Source: the human T2T-CHM13v2.0 reference genome, Homo sapiens | Direction: 5' to 3' (one strand) | Assembly: GCF_009914755.1 (NCBI RefSeq) | Contig: NC_060925.1 | Length of the DNA stretch: 64,000 nucleotides | Shown here: positions 58,871-64,000 of the stretch, in pieces | Position numbering within the stretch: the stretch's first letter is position 1 | Layout: each line of letters begins with the position of its first letter | Position numbers and translations under genes: made by a program | Notes under the pieces: model-generated | The model's input: only the letters and a program-made list of their open reading frames with translations | What the model was told of the DNA's origin: nothing | Database searches by the model: none

Positions 58871-61014
58871 TTTTTTTTTTTTTTCTTTTTTTAACTTTCA
58901 TTTTAGGTTCGGGGTACATGTGAAGGTTTTTTATATAGGTAAACTCATGTCATAGGGGTTTGTTGCCTAGATTATTTCATCACCCAGCTAATAAGCCCAG
59001 GCCCCGTTAGTTATCTTTTCTGCTCCTCTCCCTCTTCTCACCTTTTACCCTCAAATAGAACCCAGTGTCTGTTGTTTCCTTCTCTGTGTCATAAGTTCTC
59101 ATCATTTAGCTCCCACTTATAAGGGAAAACGTGCAGTATTTGGTTTTCTGTTCCTGCAGTAGTTTGCTAAGGAGAACAGCCTCCAGCTCCATTCATGTTC
59201 TCACAAAATACATGATCTCATTCTTTGTTATGGCTGCATAGTATTCTGTGATGTATATGTACCACATTTTCTTTATCCAGTCTGTCATCAATAGGCATTT
59301 AGGTTCTTTCTATGTCTTTGCTATTGTGAATAGTGCCACAGTGAATATTCGAGTGCATGTGTCTTTATGGTAGAGTGACTTATATTCCTCTGGGTATATA
59401 CCCAGTTATGGGATTGCTGGGTCAAATGGTATTTCTGCTTTTAGCTCTTTGAGGAGTCACCATACTGCTTCCCACAATGGTTGAACTAATTTACACTCCC
59501 ACCAACAGAGTATAACTGTTCCCTTTTTTTCCACAACCTCTCCAGCATCTGTTATTTTTTGACTTTTTAATAATAGACATTCTGACTGACGTGAGATGGT
59601 GTCTCATTGTGGTTTTGATTTGCATTTCTCTAATGATCAGTGATATTGAGCTTTTTTGCATATGCTTTTTGGCCACATGTATGTCTTCTTTTGAGAAGTT
59701 CCTGTTCATGTCCTTTGCCCACTTCTTAGTTGGGTTGTTTGTTTTTCTCTTGTAGATTTATTTAAGTTCCTTACAGAAACTGGTTATTAGACCTTTGTCA
59801 CATGCATAGTTTGCGAGTATTTTTCTCCCATTCTGAGGTTGTCTGTTTACCCTGTTGATAGTTTTTTTGTGTTTTGTTGCTGTGCAGAAGCTCTTAAGTT
59901 TAATTAGATCCCGTGTTTCAATTTTTGCTTTTATTGCAATTGTTTTGATGTCTTTGTCATGAAATCTTTGCCCACTTTTATGTCCAGGATGGTATTGCCT
60001 AGGTTGTCTTCCAGGGTTTTTATAATTTGGGGTTTTGAGTTGATTTTTGTATATAGTGTAAGGAAGGGGTCCAGCTTAATCTTCTGCATATGGCTAGCCA
60101 GTTATCCCAGCACCATTTATTGAATAGGGAACCTTTTCCCCATTGCTTGTTTTTATCAGCTTTGTGGAAGATCAGATGGTCATGGGTGTGTGGCCTTACT
60201 TCTGGGCCCCTATTCTGTTCCGTTGGTCTATGTGCCTGTTTTTGTACCAGCACCATGCTGTTTTGATTACTGTAGCCTTGTAGTATGGTTTGAAGTTGGA
60301 TAATGTGATGCCTCCAGCTTTGTTCTTTTTGCTTAGGATTGCCTGGGCTAGTCAGGCTCTTTTTTGGTTCCATATGAATTTTAAAATAGTTTTTTTTTCT
60401 ATTTCTGTGAAGAACGACATTGGTAGTTTCATAGTAACAGCATTGAATCTGTAAATTCCTTTGGGCAGTATGGCCTTTTTAATGATATTGATTCTTCCTA
60501 TCCATGAGCATGAAATGTTTTTCCATTTGTTTGTGTTTTCTCTGATTTCTTTGAGCAGTGTTTGTAATTCTGATTGTACAGATCCTTCACCTCCTGGTTA
60601 GCTGTATTCCTAGGTATTTTATTCTTTTTGTGGCAATTATGAATGGGATTGCCTTTCCGATTTGGCTCTTGGCTTGGCTGTTGTTGGTGTATAGGAATGT
60701 TAGTGATTTTTGTACACTGATTTTTTTATCCTGAAACTTTGTTGAAGTTGTTTATCAGCTGAAGGAGCTTTTTGATCAAGACTATGGAATTTTCTAGATA
60801 CAGAATCATGTTGTCTGCAAACAGAGATAGTTTGACTTCCCTTTTCCTATTTAAGTGGACTTTATTTCATTCTCTTGCCTGATTGCTCTAGCTAGGACTT
60901 TCAATACTATGTTGAATAGGAGTGGTGAGAGAGAGCATCCTTGTCTTGTGCTGGTTTTTAAGGGGAATGATTCCAGCTTTTGCCCCTTCAATATGATGTT
61001 GGTTGTGGGTCTGT
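58871..61014 (-). mobile_element. 5'-truncated primate L1 (L1PA13-15-like), ~2.1 kb
   Basis: Poly(T) tail, 3' UTR and ORF2 relics (ORFs 59491-59709 and 60020-60373 read [23 protein letters not shown]). Perfect 12-bp TSD TGATTGATTTTC. Confidence 0.9.
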
Positions 61015-61539
61015 TGATTGATTTTCAAATGTTAATAACCTTGAATTCCTGATCATTTTTGCTTGGTTATGATGTATTTCTAGATTGTATGTTTTAATAA
61101 TTTTTAGTGGTTTTTGCATCCATGTTCTTGAGTTAATTTTCTTTTTTCTAATGTGCTTGTCAGTGTTTGATGTCAGAGTTATGCTGGCCTCAAAATAAAT
61201 TTTGAAATGCCCCCACCTTTATTATCAGAAAGAATTTGTGGAAAATTTGTATTATTTATTTCACAAATGTTGGGCAGAATTTGCCATCTGGCCCCAGAGC
61301 TTCCTTTGCAGAAAAGGTTTTTAATTATGAATTCAATTTAAATATTAGATATAGGGTTACTCAGCACTTCTATTTCCTCTTCTGTTAGTTTTGGCACATA
61401 TTTTAAGAAATTTCTTGAGTTTGCCTGAGTTATTGAATTTGTTGGCAAAAAGTTGTTCATAATATTCCTTTATTATCATTTTAATGTAAATACAAATTCT
61501 TGGTATTGGTGATTCATGCTTTCTTTCATTTTTTTATGT

Positions 61540-61931
61540 TGTCTTAGTCAGCTCAGGCTGCCATAAAATACCACAGACTGGGTAACTTAAACAGCAGAAA
61601 TGTATTTCTTCTAATTCTGGAGACTACGATGTATAAGATTAAAGTGCCAGTTAATTTGTTTTCTTGCAAGGGCTCTGTTTCTGGTTTGAAGATGGCTGCC
61701 TTCTAGCTGCATCCTCACATGATAGAGAAATACAGGGAAGGGGTTAAGGGAAAGGAAAGAGCACATGCAAGTTCTCCAGTGTCACTCCCAATAAAGATAC
61801 TAATCCTATCAAATCAGGGATTCACCCCTATTGACCTCATTTATAGGTCCTATGTCCAAATATATTCACACCAGGGGATGGGACTTCAGCATATGAATTT
61901 GAAGTTGGGGGACACAATTTCATCTATAGCA
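61540..61931 (-). mobile_element. MLT1A-family solo LTR
   Basis: TGTCTTAGTCAGCTCAGGCTGCCATAAAATACCACAGACTGGG...TCTATAGCA. Confidence 0.8.
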
Positions 61932-63289
61932 TGTCCACTTAATAAATTGACCATTTGATATGTTCCTCTTTGTCTCTTTTATGCTCTTTGCCTTGAAGTC
62001 TACTTTCTCTGGTATTATTATAGCCATACCAGCTTTCTTATGCTTATTATATATATTTTCATCTTTTTTGTTCTCAGTCTGTCTGTGTCTTTATGTTTGA
62101 AGTGTATGTTTTGTAAACATAACATATTTGGGTCTTTTAAACTAAGATTTCTGACTTATTTCAAGTATTGTATCTATGTTCTCTTTATTATCTTTGTTTT
62201 CTACTTGCCCATTTGTTCTTTGTTTCTTCTTTCCTGTCCTCTTTTTGGATAAACTGAGTATGTTTTAGGATTCCAATATAGCTCTTTTACTCATTTTTTA
62301 CTTATCTTTCTTTGTGTTATTTGTTCTAATGCTTACATGTTGTTTTCCCATTGAGCTCATTGAGGTCTTGCTTACACTTGCCAGTTCAGTGGTCAATATG
62401 AATCCTTAACTTGTCTCAGTTTAACTTAAATTAATATTATACCAGTTTATTTGTAAAAAGGTCTTATAGCAATGCAATTTTATTTACATTCACTCTCACT
62501 TGTATTATTGTCATATATTTTATTTCTGCCTATGTTGTAATCTCGATAATACATTGCTATTGTTTATTCTCTAAGTCATTAACTTTTATAGAACTGAAAA
62601 AATGTATTTTTTATATTTACCATTTCCAATGTTTATCCTTATATTCTGTAGATCTGAAATTTCATCCTATACTGTTTGTCTTTAAACTGAATAATTTCCT
62701 TTAGGATATTTTGTAGTGTGCATCTACTGACCAATTTTCTCACCTTTCATTTCTCTGAAAATGTTTTTAATTCACCTTACTTTAAAATAATTTTTTTGCT
62801 GGATCAAAAAGATACTAGATTAAAAGTTGTTTATCTTGAGGCCTCCATTTCTCTCATATAAAATCACCTTTCATTACTATCCTTGTTCCTCTGTATTAAC
62901 ATGTTTCATGTCCTCCCCTCTGCCCCTGATTTTTCTTAATCTTTAGATTGCAGCAGTTTACTATGATGTGTCCAGATGTGATTTTCTTTAGATCCGATTT
63001 TCTTTAGAATTATCCTACTTGGAAGTCACTGAGCTTCCTGAATCTATGTATTTCTGTCTTTTATCAACTTTTGATGTTATTTCTCTAATATTTCCTCAAA
63101 TGTTTGCTCTTCTCTTTCATTCTTTCTCTCCTCTCACAAGTCACTGAGGCTCTGTTTGTTGGGTTTCTTTTCTTCTGTGAGCTTTAATCTGAAGGATATC
63201 TAATGACCTGTATTCAGGCTCACTGATGATTTCTTGTGCTTTTTCCAACCTATTGCTAGTCCCATTTATAAATTTGTTTTTACATTTTT

Positions 63290-64000
63290 ATTAAGAGCGC
63301 TTATTTTTTATAACAGATTTAGATATACAGAAAAATTAAACAGATAATACAGAGTTTGCCTATTATCTGCCATGCACACACAGTTTTCCCCACATTAATA
63401 TCTTACATTAATGTAGTAGATTTGTTACAATTCATGAACTAATACTGATACATAGCAATTAACCAAAGTCCATAGTTTACTCAGATTTCTTTAGTTTTTA
63501 CATAATGTTCTTTTTCTTTCCAGGATCCCAGCCAGAATACCACATGCATTTAGCTGTTCTGTCTCCTTAGGCTCCTCTTGACTGTAACAGTTTCTCAGGT
63601 TCTCCTTGACTTTGATCACCTTGACAGTTTTGAGGACTGCTTGTCAAGTACATAGTTGGATGGCCCTCTTGGAGTTTTTCTGATGTTTTTCTCATCAGTT
63701 AGACTGGAGGCTAGGTTTGAAGGAAGAAGATCACGGATGTAAAGTTCCACTCACATCATATCAAGGCTACAGACTATCAACATGATTGATGATTATTGAT
63801 GCTGACCTTAGTCTCCTGGCTGAAGTCATGTTTCTCAGGTTTCTCCACTGTAAAGTTACTCTTTTGCTCCTCTTTTCCATACTGTACTCTCTGGAAGGAA
63901 GTCATTATGAGTAGTCCACATTTAAGGAGTGGGGAGTTATGCTCCATCGTTGAGGGGAAGAGTATCTACATAAATTATTGGGAATTCTTCTTTACAATAA
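63290..64000 (-). mobile_element. L1MC-type 3' UTR (same family as ~5380-6490, opposite strand), runs off the window end
   Basis: TCCAGGATCCCAGCCAGAATACCAC, GTCTCCTTAGGCTCCTCTTGACTGTAACAGTTTCTCAG. Confidence 0.75.

Overview
This is primate genomic DNA, most likely hominoid and probably human: it carries a 5'-truncated SVA and a young L1PA2. I find no supportable host protein-coding gene, RNA gene or CRISPR array, and I cannot name the locus. The window has three zones. (1) About 1-22.5 kb is AT-rich and retroelement-dense: ERVL gag/pro relic, old L1M, several solo LTRs, and a MER66-type ERV1 provirus interrupted by an L1PA2 with an apparent 3' transduction. (2) About 22.5-54.5 kb is GC-richer, with MIR/L2/L3 relics, microsatellites, several motif-dense unique islands, an unusually similar inverted MIR pair, and a weak orphan CpG island behind a POU palindrome and TATA-like box. 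(3) About 54.5-64 kb is an old antisense L1 scaffold carrying nested Alu, MER58B, LTR, SVA, L1PA and MLT1A insertions. Repeat family names come from my recall of consensus sequences, not a database search, so subfamily labels are provisional. TSDs, motifs and alignments were read directly from the sequence. I found no convincing novel multi-gene system. The best leads are the L1 3' transduction, the 116-bp inverted MIR pair, and candidate non-coding regulatory elements.
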